From an uncultured delta proteobacterium (GTDB lineage Bacteria > Desulfobacterota > Binatia > Binatales > Binataceae), in the NCBI GenBank assembly GCA_963711565.1, contig CAVQEQ010000004.1:1184001-1248000 (forward strand): 64,000 nt of DNA, given 5' to 3'. This document shows positions 35,726 to 45,890 of this stretch, piece by piece. Both the position numbers and the translations under genes were made by a program. Numbering within the stretch: position 1 is the stretch's first letter; every line of letters begins with the position of its first letter. The notes under the pieces were generated by a model, which was given only the letters and a program-made list of their open reading frames with translations, made no database searches and had not been told where the DNA came from.

Positions 35726-38700
35726 TCAATGAAAATCATGCGACGGCGGGACCACGCCGGGAATCTTGATCTCCTCGAAGCGCCGCGCGCGAATCGCGGT
35801 CACGCCGTCAACGCGTTGCAGCACGCCCTCGGCCAGCAGGATGCCCGCACTGCGCAGCAGCAGACGGTTTTGCTGAAAGAAGTCGGGCGTGACAATCAAA
35901 TTGGAAATCCCCGTTTCGTCCTCGAGCGTGATGAACAGAAAACCCTTCGCGGTGCCGGGACGTTGGCGCACGATGACGACGCCGGCGGTCTTCACCCACG
36001 ATTGATGCTTGGCGCGGGTGAGCGCGTCGGCGCTGAGAATCCCGCGCGCGGTCAAATCGTCGCGCAGATACGTCATCAGATGCGGCCCCGTCGTGAGGCC
36101 GGTCGCGGCATAGTCGGAGAGCGTCTCGTCGATCGGCGACATCGACGCGAGAGGAACCTCGCCATCGCGCGGTTTCACCCCCGCCAGCAGGCTCGCGGGA
36201 TCGCGCTCGACTGCCGCCGCATTCCACATCGCATCGCGACGCGCCAGGCCGAAGGACGCGAACGCACCCGCGTAGGCGAGCGCATCGATCTCGCGGCGGT
36301 TGGGTCCGACGCGCGCGGTAAGGTCGGCAATCGAATCGAACTGCCGGCGTGCACGCTCGCTTTCGATTCGAACTCCGACTTCCTCGCGGATGCCCGTGAC
36401 GTAGCGCAGACCCATCCGCGTAGCGGGTCGCCCATCCACAATTTCGATCGTGCATTTCCAGCTCGAGCGCGTCACGTCGATCGGGATCACGATGACGCCG
36501 TGACGCGCAGCATCCTTCACCAGCGTCGAGGGATGGTAGAAGCCGAGCGGGTAGCAATTCAGCATCGCGGCCAGGAACGCCGCCGGATGGTGGTACTTCA
36601 GGTACGCGGACGCGTACGCGATCAGCGCGAAGCTCGCGGCGTGCGATTCTGGAAATCCGTACAGCGCGAACGACGTGATCGAGCGCACGATATCGTCGGC
36701 GAGGTTGCCTTGCAGGCCGTTGCGCCGCATCCCGGCGCGCAAGCGTGCCTCGATTTTCTCCATCCTCTCCGCCGAGCGCTTGAAGCCCATCGCGCGGCGC
36801 AGTTCCTCGGCCTCGCCGCCGCTGAATCCCGCCACCGTCATCGCCATTCGCAGCAACTGCTCCTGGAAAAGCGGGACGCCCAGCGTGCGTTTCAGAATTG
36901 GTTCGAGCGACGGATGCGGATACTCGACGGGCGCGCGCTTGTTGCGGCGATCGAGATACGGATGCACCATTTTGCCGACGATTGGACCGGGGCGAATTAT
37001 CGCGACCTCGACTACCAGGTCGTAAAATCGCTCCGGCTTCATCCGCGGCAGCGTCGCCATCTGCGCGCGGCTCTCGATTTGGAAAACGCCGACCGTATCC
37101 GCGCGCCGCAGCATGGCGTACACGTCGGGATCGTCGGGCGGGATATGCGCGAGATCGATCTCGACGCCTTCGTGCGTGCGAATCAGCGGGATCGCCTCCT
37201 TCAGCGCGGCCAGCATCCCGAGTCCGAGCAGATCGATCTTGATGATGCCGAGGTCGGCGCAGTCGTCCTTGTCCCATTGAATCACCACGCGTCCGGGCAT
37301 CGACGCCGGCTTCGAGCGGCACGATCTCATCGAGTGGCTGTGCGGCGATCACCATGCCGCCGCTATGCTGCCCGAGATGGCGCGGCACGCTCTGAATCTT
37401 GCGCACCAGCTCGACCATCATCATGATTCGCGGCGCTTCCGCATCGACGCCGCCGCGCTTGAGCAGCGCCACCAGGTCGTCGTGATGGTCGCGGAACTCG
37501 TACACCTGGTTGAGCTTGGCCAGCCTGTCCACCTGCTCGGCCGAAAAGCCCAGCGTCTTACCGACCTCGCGCACCGCGCTCCTCGTGCGATAAGTGATCA
37601 CGTTCGCGGTCATCGCGGCGCCGCGGTCGCCGTAGCGGCGATAGACGTATTGAATCGCCTTCTCGCGATCGTCGCCGCTCGGCAGGTCGAGATCGATGTC
37701 GGGCCATTCGCCGCGCTCCTCGGACAGAAAGCGCTCGAACAGGAGTTCCATCTTGACCGCGTCCACTGCCGTGATTCCGAGCGCGTAACACACCGCGCTG
37801 TTGGCCGCGGAGCCGCGTCCCTGCACCATGATCCGATTCTCGCGGCAGAACTGCACGATGTCCCATACGATCAGAAAGTAACCGGCGAGCTTGAGCCGCT
37901 CGATAATTCCGAGCTCGTGTTCGAGCTGGTGGCGGGTGCGATCGTCCATCGTACCGCGCCATCGCTCGCGCGCACCCGCATAGGTGAGTATTCGCAAATA
38001 GCTGTCAGGCGTTTCGTTCGGCGGAATCGGATAGTCGGGAAAGCGATAGCCCATGTCGCAGAGTTGGAAATTGCATCGCTCGGCAATCGCGCGCGAGGCG
38101 GCGACGGCGCCCGGAATATCGCGAAACAGCGCACCCATCTCGGCCGGCGATTTCAGATGACGCTGGCTGTTGATCCACAGCGCGCGGCCCGCTTCTTCGA
38201 GTGTGGTCTTGAGGCGGATGCAGGTCAGCACGTCGAGCAGTCTACGATCCGCACCGCCGTGGCATACGTCGTTGGTCGCGACAATCGGGATTCGCGCCGC
38301 ACCCGCGAGCGCCGCGAGCTTGCGATTGAGGCGTTCCTCGCCCGCATCGAGATGACGCTGCAAATCGATGTAGAAATTCCCCGCGCCGAAAATCCCAGCG
38401 AGCCGCCGGCTTAGTTCGTGAGGATCATCGCCACGCACGAGCATCCGCGACAGCGGACTCATCACGCCTCCGGCAAGGCAGATAAGTCCGCGGCCATAGC
38501 GTTCGAGTTCGTCGAGCGTAATGCGGCTCTCGCCCTTCGAGGGATACATTGGCGCAGCGACGGAGCCGTCGCGAGCGAGCGCGCCGGGATTCAGCACGCG
38601 CATCTTCGAGTCGGTGATCATGCGGCAGAGATTCTGGTAGCGCTTTCGATCCGGCGCGAGGACGTAGAGCCGCGAGTCGTCGTCGAGCGTCAGCTCCGCG

Positions 38701-38897
38701 CCGACGATTTGCCGGATGCCGGCGGCCTTTGCAGCCTGGTAAAAGCGCGGCGCGCCGTAAACTCCGTCGCGATCGCCAAGCGCCATCGCGCCGTAGCCGA
38801 GTTCCGCCGCGCGCGCCGCGAGATCCTCAGGCGTGCTCGCGCCTTCAAGAAAACTGAACGCACTGCGCGCGCGCAGCTCGATGTAATCAGAGTTCAT
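35726..38897 (-). CDS. dnaE2: error-prone DNA polymerase DnaE2/ImuC, frameshift near 37311
   Basis: PHP domain, QGRGSAANSAVCY, PDIDLD, RHLGQHSGG; joins VPLE/PASMPGRVVIQWDKDD, YGFPESHAASFA, RQRPGTAKG. Confidence 0.93.
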
Positions 38898-38954
38898 GGC
38901 GATTCGCCGCGAATAGTTATTGCTGAAAGAGCGAATCTCCGTCCTATGCGAGCG

Positions 38955-39248
38955 TCATTTGCCTGAGCGCTGAGCGCGTCCTTTTCCCGATCGAGGCTTC
39001 TTTGACTGCAGTGACGCTTCGAGGGTCTGCCGGATGTAACGCTGGTACGGGATGCCGCGCCGGTGCGCGACAGCGCGGACCGCGTTCAGGAGTTCCTCGG
39101 AGATTCGAAGATTGACCGACTTTTGTTTGGGCTTGAACTCGAACTGAAACGGCGCGAAGTTTTCGGCGCTGATATAGTCGGACAAATCTTGGTCGAGAAA
39201 TTTTTCAGCTTCTTTATCGCTTTTGAACGCGGGCAATTTCTTGCTCAT
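38955..39248 (-). CDS. brnA: BrnA/CopG-type antitoxin
   Basis: LPAFKSDKEAEKF...KSVNLRI..ELL..V..VA..GIPYQRYIR. Confidence 0.85.
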   Translation of the reverse strand: MSKKLPAFKSDKEAEKFLDQDLSDYISAENFAPFQFEFKPKQKSVNLRISEELLNAVRAVAHRRGIPYQRYIRQTLEASLQSKKPRSGKGRAQRSGK

Positions 39249-39534
39249 ATTTTTTGATCTCCTTCCTATGCATGTAGCGGGCGCTGATGGGTCGCAGAAG
39301 TATTCGGCCGCCGGTCTGCCGCGGCGTGAAAACGACGAAGGCATATCGTCCTTCTGCGGTTCTCCCAATCGCCAAAAACCGCGGCTCCGCGCGCGAATTC
39401 TTTAGGTCGGGCATAATCAGGGTCGCCGCATGTGCAAGAACATGCTCCACTTCGGCCACCGAAACGCCGTGTTCCTGGCACTTCGAGTAGTTGGCGTTGT
39501 CCCATGCGAATCCTGAAAAGGTGACCCTTTGCAT
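39214..39534 (-). CDS. brnT: BrnT-family ribonuclease toxin
   Basis: FAWD..N..K..HGVS..E, EPRFLAIG, VVFTPR, RPISARYM..KE..YE. Confidence 0.9.
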   Translation of the reverse strand: MQRVTFSGFAWDNANYSKCQEHGVSVAEVEHVLAHAATLIMPDLKNSRAEPRFLAIGRTAEGRYAFVVFTPRQTGGRILLRPISARYMHRKEIKKYEQEIARVQKR

Positions 39535-39583
39535 CCGCGATCCCAGTGTAGGCTAACGTCTATACAAACGCCAATGCATTTGC

Positions 39584-41296
39584 TCAGTCGTAGGCGCCGT
39601 CGAGGAACCATTTGTGTGAGTTCGCGTCGCGGAAGACGCGGTAAACACCGCCGTCTTCGAGTGCGAGTTCGTAGTAATCGCGGATGAAGCCGCATTTATC
39701 CGCGCCATTCATTTCCGGTTTCGCATCGCCATTAAGATGAGGGGTGGGCGAGGGCGCTGGCGTTAGCGAGGACAGCGCCTTCAGATTTTCCGCGGATACC
39801 TGGCGCGGATGCGCGCCGAACATGCGGCCGTCATGCAGCTCGAGGCCGTGCTTCGGTGCGGAATTTGTTTTGTCGGATGAATCCGCGTGCGTGTCCGCAT
39901 CCGCGATGCAGCCGAGCCACCATTCGCCGTCGCGCCGCCACGGCCCCGCGATCGAAATCACGCGCGCGCCAAGATTCTCACCGCGGACGAACTCTGGAAT
40001 CTCGCGCGTGCACATCACCTCGATCTCGCGCGCCGGACGAATCGCGCGTATCACGAGCTGTGTCACATTCTTCGCGGGCGCGTTTTCGGGAATAGGCGGC
40101 GGCGCTGGCGGTGCGAATGGATCGAGGCGCGTCGCTTCGGGCCGATGCGAATTCTCAGCACTCAGCATGCCGACGTTGCCGGGGCCGCATAGCGCCGCCA
40201 AGCGCGCGATCGTGGTCTGCAGCTTGTCCGGCGCGGGACAGGGCGGGATGAACATGTCGCTCTGCGCGGGCCGTGGGACACGCGGCGCAATTTCGATTCG
40301 AATCGATTCGACGGCGGCCTCGGGCGGCGCCGCCTCAAGGCTCAGATTGATAAGCGTGAGAATCGCGCGGACGTTGTTCGACGGCGCCGCCACTTCGACC
40401 CGCCGATTGAAACTGCGATGACCGCTCATCCCGAACGCGAGCGTGATATCGCCGGCCACCATGCCGCGAATCAAAAGCCGCTCGGTCAGCCGCTCGAGCA
40501 TCGCACGCATGACGAATCCCAGCGGCTCCAGGAGCTCAATGCCGTATTCGAGCTCGACACTCTCGACGAAAAACTCGGCGCGTCGGCGCGGCACAATCTG
40601 CGCGTGGCTGCCACCGCGCGCAAGGCGGACCAGCTCGACGCCGCGACGGCCGAGCCGCGTGCCGATCGCGTCGGGATTGAGGCGCGCGAGCTCGCCGAGC
40701 CGGCGCATCCCCCATCGCGCAAGCGTAGTTTCGAGGTCGTCGCCGCGATCCGATTTTCCGAGGTCGAGCATGTCGAGCGGCAGCCAGTTGAGGAATTCGC
40801 GCTCGCGCCCGGCTTCGATCACGCGCACGCCGCCGCATCGCGCGGCCAGATGCGCAATTTCCTTGTTGGCCGCGACGCCAGCGGCCGGCTCCATCCCGAC
40901 TCTGCGCACGCATCGCACGAGCTCGGCGGTAATTTCTTCTTCGCCATGGTAGATGCGATGCAGGCCCGCGAGATCGATCCACGCGCATCCCGGCGCGCCC
41001 GGCTCGACCACCGGCGAAACCGATTCGACCGCGTCGAGCAGGGCGGAATGCGCCGAGCTTTCCGCGGCGGGCGATCGATGAACTACGATTAGCTCCGAGG
41101 AGATCGCACGCGCCTGCGCGATCGTCATCCCGGAGCGGATTCCAAGTTCACGCGCGCGCACAGATACGGCGTCGAGCTCGGCGTGCGGCGCAAGGCTTTG
41201 CGCTATAGCCAGCACCTTGTCCGCGAGCGCGGGATTCGAGCGCACAATCGCCGCAATAGAAAAATCGGCGACCATGATGCACGCGATACGAGCCAT
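39584..41296 (-). CDS. imuB: ImuB (inactive Y-family polymerase)
   Basis: GIRSGMTIAQARA, SPVVE, WIDLAG, C-terminal GPWR..GEWW...RDYYEL..GGVYRVF..WFLDG.YD; between imuA and dnaE2. Confidence 0.88.
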   Translation of the reverse strand: MARIACIMVADFSIAAIVRSNPALADKVLAIAQSLAPHAELDAVSVRARELGIRSGMTIAQARAISSELIVVHRSPAAESSAHSALLDAVESVSPVVEPGAPGCAWIDLAGLHRIYHGEEEITAELVRCVRRVGMEPAAGVAANKEIAHLAARCGGVRVIEAGREREFLNWLPLDMLDLGKSDRGDDLETTLARWGMRRLGELARLNPDAIGTRLGRRGVELVRLARGGSHAQIVPRRRAEFFVESVELEYGIELLEPLGFVMRAMLERLTERLLIRGMVAGDITLAFGMSGHRSFNRRVEVAAPSNNVRAILTLINLSLEAAPPEAAVESIRIEIAPRVPRPAQSDMFIPPCPAPDKLQTTIARLAALCGPGNVGMLSAENSHRPEATRLDPFAPPAPPPIPENAPAKNVTQLVIRAIRPAREIEVMCTREIPEFVRGENLGARVISIAGPWRRDGEWWLGCIADADTHADSSDKTNSAPKHGLELHDGRMFGAHPRQVSAENLKALSSLTPAPSPTPHLNGDAKPEMNGADKCGFIRDYYELALEDGGVYRVFRDANSHKWFLDGAYD

Positions 41297-41308
41297 CGAG
41301 ACACCGTG

Positions 41309-42187
41309 CTAGCTGCTTGCGGAAATGCGAATCGGAAATTCTTTGCCGTCGCGATGCTGATGCACCTCGAACGGATTTGGAATCGGGTCAATGAGCGCGC
41401 GTACGCGAACGCGCCGCCCCGTCCCGCCCATCTTGTTCCGCGCGACCATCGCATCGACCGCGAGTCCGTCGAACATTACCGGCGCGCCGGGTGCGAGCCG
41501 GCTGAACGACGCCTCGGCGCGGCTGGCGGACAGGCTCAGCGCCGCGAACGTCCCGCACATCTGCCACGGCGCGATTGCGATTACGGCGGCGCCGCTGCGC
41601 TCGGCCGCGCGCGCGATTCTGAGCGATGACGCGTAAGTGAGTGCGCGGACTGCCTCGCCGAAATCGACGACGACCAGGCCGAAGCCGCCCGCCTCGAGCA
41701 CGAGTTCCGCCGCCTTGACAATCGACCTCGCCCCTAACCCCTCTCCCTTCTGGAGAGGGGAACAAAGATTCTTCGATCCGCTCCTCATCGATGCCCACAA
41801 CATCCGGCGCAGCTCTACTCCGGCAGCCGCCATGCTCTCAGGATCAAAGCTGCCCGAAGCGTCGAGCCATGCGGCGACCTCGCCGCGGCGGGTGGCGAAA
41901 CTGGCGAACGATGCGGCAATCGAGGTCTTGCCCGAACCGGCGCGCCCCGTGATTTCGCTGATCCGCCCGCGCGGAATTCCGCCGTCGATCAGAGCGTCGA
42001 GCGGTGCGATTCCGGAGCTTAGTCGCCAGTCCTTGCGAGTAAGCTCATGCCCACGAAAAACCCCTGAAAATTCAAGCTGTTGCGGCCGTTTGACGACCTG
42101 AATTTGGCCTGGAGGAGCGCTCCATGACAAAGGTTTCGGAAGAGCAGCCACAAGATATGTTTTCGCTCTTTCTTCGCCGCATGTCAA
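41309..42187 (-). CDS. imuA: ImuA (RecA-like); true start probably GTG 42151
   Basis: SSGIAPLDALI.GGIPRGRISEITG..GSGKTS, AWLDASGSFDP, GGFGLVVVD. Confidence 0.85.
   Translation of the reverse strand: MTCGEERAKTYLVAALPKPLSWSAPPGQIQVVKRPQQLEFSGVFRGHELTRKDWRLSSGIAPLDALIDGGIPRGRISEITGRAGSGKTSIAASFASFATRRGEVAAWLDASGSFDPESMAAAGVELRRMLWASMRSGSKNLCSPLQKGEGLGARSIVKAAELVLEAGGFGLVVVDFGEAVRALTYASSLRIARAAERSGAAVIAIAPWQMCGTFAALSLSASRAEASFSRLAPGAPVMFDGLAVDAMVARNKMGGTGRRVRVRALIDPIPNPFEVHQHRDGKEFPIRISASS
41723..41768 (+). repeat. palindromic REP-like repeat located in-frame inside imuA
   Basis: cgacctcgcccctaacccctctcc-cttct-ggagaggggaac with a 9-bp perfect stem; similar to the intergenic copy at 27334-27377. 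Confidence 0.65.
42161..42177. promoter_or_regulatory. possible LexA box upstream of imuA
   Basis: TTTC-N7-CTTC (TTCGC direct repeat, 11-bp period) resembles GTTC-N7-GTTC; lies just downstream of a minus-strand TTGACA at 42182-42187. Confidence 0.35.
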
Positions 42188-42291
42188 ACGATATATTAAT
42201 CCTGATCACTAAAGAACCGAAGGGTTTATCTTCGCCGCTTATAGAAATTGTTGAACACTAGAGTGCAGAATACTCGACTTAGTAGCGATAA

Positions 42292-43065
42292 ATGAACTAC
42301 AAGCGAAAGATGCCACGAGCACGCGAATACCGCTTCAAGATCGATGCATATACGCCCGACACGATCCCGATGGAGCGTTTGGGCGAGTACATGCAGGAAG
42401 TCGCGAAGCTCTTTGGCGAAACAGATAATGTTCACTTTATTCGTGTCGAGAAAGGTAGTTTGCAGATACTCCACAAAGTGGAGTTTGAAGCGGTCCCTAA
42501 AGTCGAGGAGCGCATAACCAAAGCGCGGCAGGATGAGGGGCCAGCCGAGCCCATCCAAGCCATCAAGACCATCAACCGAATGTTACGAGAGGACAATGGT
42601 ATCGGACTGCTTGCTCGCAAACGTGGCGCGACCATCATCAAGTTTCGCGGGCGCGAAGAAAAGCCAATTTCGCTTGGGTTGGTCTCTCAAGAAGGAAGCT
42701 TGGATGGTGTTGTGAACGTGGTAGGCGGTGATAGCGATCCTTGCCCAGTTCACCTCAAGTCGTCGGACGATGGACAAACTTATTTGTGCAACGCAAGTCG
42801 AGCGGTAGCCAAAGAATTGGCAAAGAACATGTTCGATGTTGAAATACGAGCGCAAGGCCTCGGCAGGTGGTTTCGCGATGACGAGGGAAAATGGGTTCTT
42901 GATCGTTTTCGGATCAGAAGTTTCGAGATTCTCAAAGACTTGCCACTAACCGCCGTTGTCGCTGACCTGCGTAGTGTACCTGGTAGCGAATGGCCGTTGC
43001 TTAAAGATCCATGGGGAGAACTTAATCGACTCCGAAGGGGGCCGGAGAGTAACGGACAGAAATAA
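42292..43065 (+). CDS. uncharacterised protein, possible C-terminal OB-like domain; partner of the PIN gene
   Basis: 257-aa ORF in an AT-richer patch; its stop codon abuts the GTG of the PIN gene. Confidence 0.75.
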   Translation: MNYKRKMPRAREYRFKIDAYTPDTIPMERLGEYMQEVAKLFGETDNVHFIRVEKGSLQILHKVEFEAVPKVEERITKARQDEGPAEPIQAIKTINRMLREDNGIGLLARKRGATIIKFRGREEKPISLGLVSQEGSLDGVVNVVGGDSDPCPVHLKSSDDGQTYLCNASRAVAKELAKNMFDVEIRAQGLGRWFRDDEGKWVLDRFRIRSFEILKDLPLTAVVADLRSVPGSEWPLLKDPWGELNRLRRGPESNGQK

Positions 43066-43628
43066 GTGAGTGTAGCCTTCGATGCAACATTCCTGTTGCC
43101 GCTCTTTTTCTACGGATGTTCACGGTCCGATTGATCCAGCAACTAACAAGCCTCTGGAATTCATCAGGGAACGACTCGACCACTTAGTTGACGAGTTAGA
43201 GAATAACCGCACCAAGATCATCGTCCCAACGCCTGCCTTAAGCGAATTGCTAGTTCGCGCGGGCAAATGCTGGAATTGGATACCTCGATCGATTGCGACA
43301 AACACGCCCGTTTAAGATAGAGCCGTTCGACGAACGCGCGGCCTTGGAGGTCGCTCTCGCAATCCGAAAGAACATTGATCAGATGGGCAAAAAGCGGGGA
43401 GCCAAAGCGAGCGCGACGTGGGCCAAAGTCAAATTTGATCAGCAGATCGTCGCAATAGCGAAGGTTAACGGTGCTGCGATTCTCTATTCAGACGACGAGG
43501 ATTTGCGCGGTTTCGCAGCTCAGGTCCAGCTCACCGTTGTGCGATTGCGCGAACTCAAACTTCCGCCGAGAGAAGCACAGATGAATCTCGTCCTGCAGAC
43601 CACTCCCAAACCGATTCCCGAATCGTGA
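43066..43628 (+). CDS. PIN-domain (VapC-like) nuclease, two homopolymer frameshifts (near 43106 and 43266)
   Basis: Reconstruction MSVAFDATFL..IIVPTPALSELL..IEPFDERAA..KFDQQIVAIA..LYSDDEDL retains the acidic PIN active-site residues. Confidence 0.8.
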
Positions 43629-43651
43629 GCCAAGCGCGGTGTCAGCTGCGA

Positions 43652-44851
43652 TTACTGCTCCATCACGACGCGGGTAACGCCGTTCAGGAACGGATCGAGG
43701 CGGCGGGCGAGGAAGCCGGAGAGGAACATTTTTGCGAACGCGATCAGAGGGGCGCTGAGGACGACACGGCTGAGCAGTGAATTAGACAGCAGGAGGCGCG
43801 GGCCGACTTGCTGCATGTCCTGGATCGTCACGACCTCGGGCCATCGCTCGGCCTGGACGTTGCGCGCGGCGAAATCGAGCGTGGCCTCGTCGGATCGCAT
43901 CATGAGTGCGCGCCCGAGATGGTTTGCCGTGACGACCGCGTCGCGCAGTGCGACGTTGATCCCCTGTCCGCCGACGGGCGACATCGGATGCGCCGCGTCG
44001 CCGATCAGCAACAGGCCCGGCGCGGTCCATTCCCGCAGCCGATCGCAAATGACGTCGAGCAGGAACGGATGCGCCATGCCGGACTTGTTGGCGACGAGAA
44101 AATTTCTTAAGTCAGGCGACACGTATGGCGCGAGCTTGCCGACCCATCCATCACCCATCTTTTTGATGTCGCCGAAGGTGCCCTTGTCTATTACCCATCC
44201 GATCTGCGTGTGGCCTTCGGGGGACGGATACATGATGAGCAGATGCCGGCTGCCGATGTAGCCGCGCGCCGTGCGAGCATCGGGAAATTGACCGGGGGCG
44301 TGTCCCCACACGACGTCGAAGCCTTGCATGATGCGGTCCTGCGGGAGCGCGGCACGTTTGCGAATCACCGATGCACGGCCGTCGCATGCGATGACGAAGT
44401 CGCCACGGAAATCGCGCGGACCTTCGAGCGTGTCGGCATGCACGCCCATCACGCGATCTTTTTCGTAGATGAGGTCGCGCACGGTTACGCCGCGCTCGAG
44501 CTTGAAGCCGGGGAATTTCGCGGCCTCGGCGACAATCATTTCGAGCATCGCGGGCTGCGGCACGACGCGCGGAGGCGTGGGCAGACCGGCGACTTGAACT
44601 GTGGCCACTCGACCCTCACCGCGAAAGAGCTCGACTGTTCCGATAGGTAGATTCGGCAAAGCGTCGAGCTGCTGGTGAAGGCCGGCCTCGCGGAGCGCCG
44701 CGATTCCCGACGGCATCAGGATCTCGCCGCGGAACTCGCGCGCGAAATCGGTCTGCCGTTCGAGCAGCGTCACCAGGACGCCGCGGCGCGCGAGCACGTA
44801 AGCGAGGAGGGTGCCTGCGGGTCCGGCGCCGACGACGATTGCATTCGGCAT
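43652..44851 (-). CDS. FAD-dependent monooxygenase (UbiH/PHBH-like fold)
   Basis: VVGAGPAG, ACDGRAS, IGDAAHPMSPVGGQGIN.ALRDA. Confidence 0.9.
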   Translation of the reverse strand: MPNAIVVGAGPAGTLLAYVLARRGVLVTLLERQTDFAREFRGEILMPSGIAALREAGLHQQLDALPNLPIGTVELFRGEGRVATVQVAGLPTPPRVVPQPAMLEMIVAEAAKFPGFKLERGVTVRDLIYEKDRVMGVHADTLEGPRDFRGDFVIACDGRASVIRKRAALPQDRIMQGFDVVWGHAPGQFPDARTARGYIGSRHLLIMYPSPEGHTQIGWVIDKGTFGDIKKMGDGWVGKLAPYVSPDLRNFLVANKSGMAHPFLLDVICDRLREWTAPGLLLIGDAAHPMSPVGGQGINVALRDAVVTANHLGRALMMRSDEATLDFAARNVQAERWPEVVTIQDMQQVGPRLLLSNSLLSRVVLSAPLIAFAKMFLSGFLARRLDPFLNGVTRVVMEQ

Positions 44852-44852
44852 T

Positions 44853-45863
44853 TTAGACTTCGCGGGAGGTTTGGTCGTCGATCAACGTTGCGAGGCCGTC
44901 GCGGTAGGGCGAGGGTTCGAGCTCGCCGACGATCGTGCGCGCAATTGCGACCTGCTCCGCGGCCAATTGGCGCGCGGCGGCGATGATCTTGGGATCGCGT
45001 AGCAGGTCGAGCGCGCGCTCGAACACCGCAGTGTCCATCATGCTCCCTTTCTGGAACAGCGCGCGCAGCTCGGCACTGCGCTCGACGCCAAGCACGACCG
45101 GCAGCGACGGGATGCCGGCGCGCAAGTCGGAGCCGACCGGCTTGCCGATTTTTTCCTCGGGCCCCAGGATGTCGAGCAGGTCGTCGACCATTTGGAACGC
45201 CAGGCCCATCGCGGTGCCGAGCTTCGCCATCGCGTCGATCGTCCGCTTCGATACGCCGGCCAACTCCGCCGCGAGCCTGCCACCGGCATAGAACAGCGAC
45301 GCGGTCTTGCGATCGATCACGTTGATATAGTCGGCCAGGGTCGCCGCCGCGTTGTGCCGGAACCTGCTCTCCATCACTTCGCCTTCGGTGAGCTGGATGC
45401 AGGCCTGGGCCGCCGTGCGAACGAGACGTTCGTCGAAGCGCCCGGAGACCTCGAACGCGCGGCAGAAAAGATAGTCGCCCGCGATTAGCGACGGGCCGAA
45501 TCCGTAGCGCGCGAAGGCCGACGGCTTGCCGCGGCGCAGCATGCCGCGATCGATGATGTCGTCGTGGAGCAGCGTCGCGGAATGGATCAACTCGAGCGCG
45601 ATCGACGCATCGATCGGTTCGTCGGCGCGCGCGTCGCTCCCGCCGCATGCGCGATACACCAGCATGATAAACGTCGGGCGCAACCGCTTGCCGCCGGCGT
45701 CGACGAGGTAATGGCAGATTTCCGCGATGATCGGTTCTTTCGAGTCGAGCAGGCGCGACAGTTTCGCTTCGACCGCGGCGAGGTCGGCTTCGACGAGGCG
45801 CGCGGGGTTCAACGCTTCAGGCGTCGATGCGGCAGCGAGTTGAGTGGCCTTGGCTCTTTTCAT
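44853..45863 (-). CDS. trans-polyprenyl diphosphate synthase
   Basis: GGKRLRP, LLHDDIID...RRG, FQMVDDLLD, GKPVGSDL. Confidence 0.94.
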   Translation of the reverse strand: MKRAKATQLAAASTPEALNPARLVEADLAAVEAKLSRLLDSKEPIIAEICHYLVDAGGKRLRPTFIMLVYRACGGSDARADEPIDASIALELIHSATLLHDDIIDRGMLRRGKPSAFARYGFGPSLIAGDYLFCRAFEVSGRFDERLVRTAAQACIQLTEGEVMESRFRHNAAATLADYINVIDRKTASLFYAGGRLAAELAGVSKRTIDAMAKLGTAMGLAFQMVDDLLDILGPEEKIGKPVGSDLRAGIPSLPVVLGVERSAELRALFQKGSMMDTAVFERALDLLRDPKIIAAARQLAAEQVAIARTIVGELEPSPYRDGLATLIDDQTSREV

Positions 45864-45890
45864 TTTGCAGTGAAATCGTACGCAATCGTC

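Noticed and set aside
37290-37330. Programmed ribosomal frameshift or split dnaE2
   Set aside because: No slippery heptamer or intein; one of several single-base indels in the window
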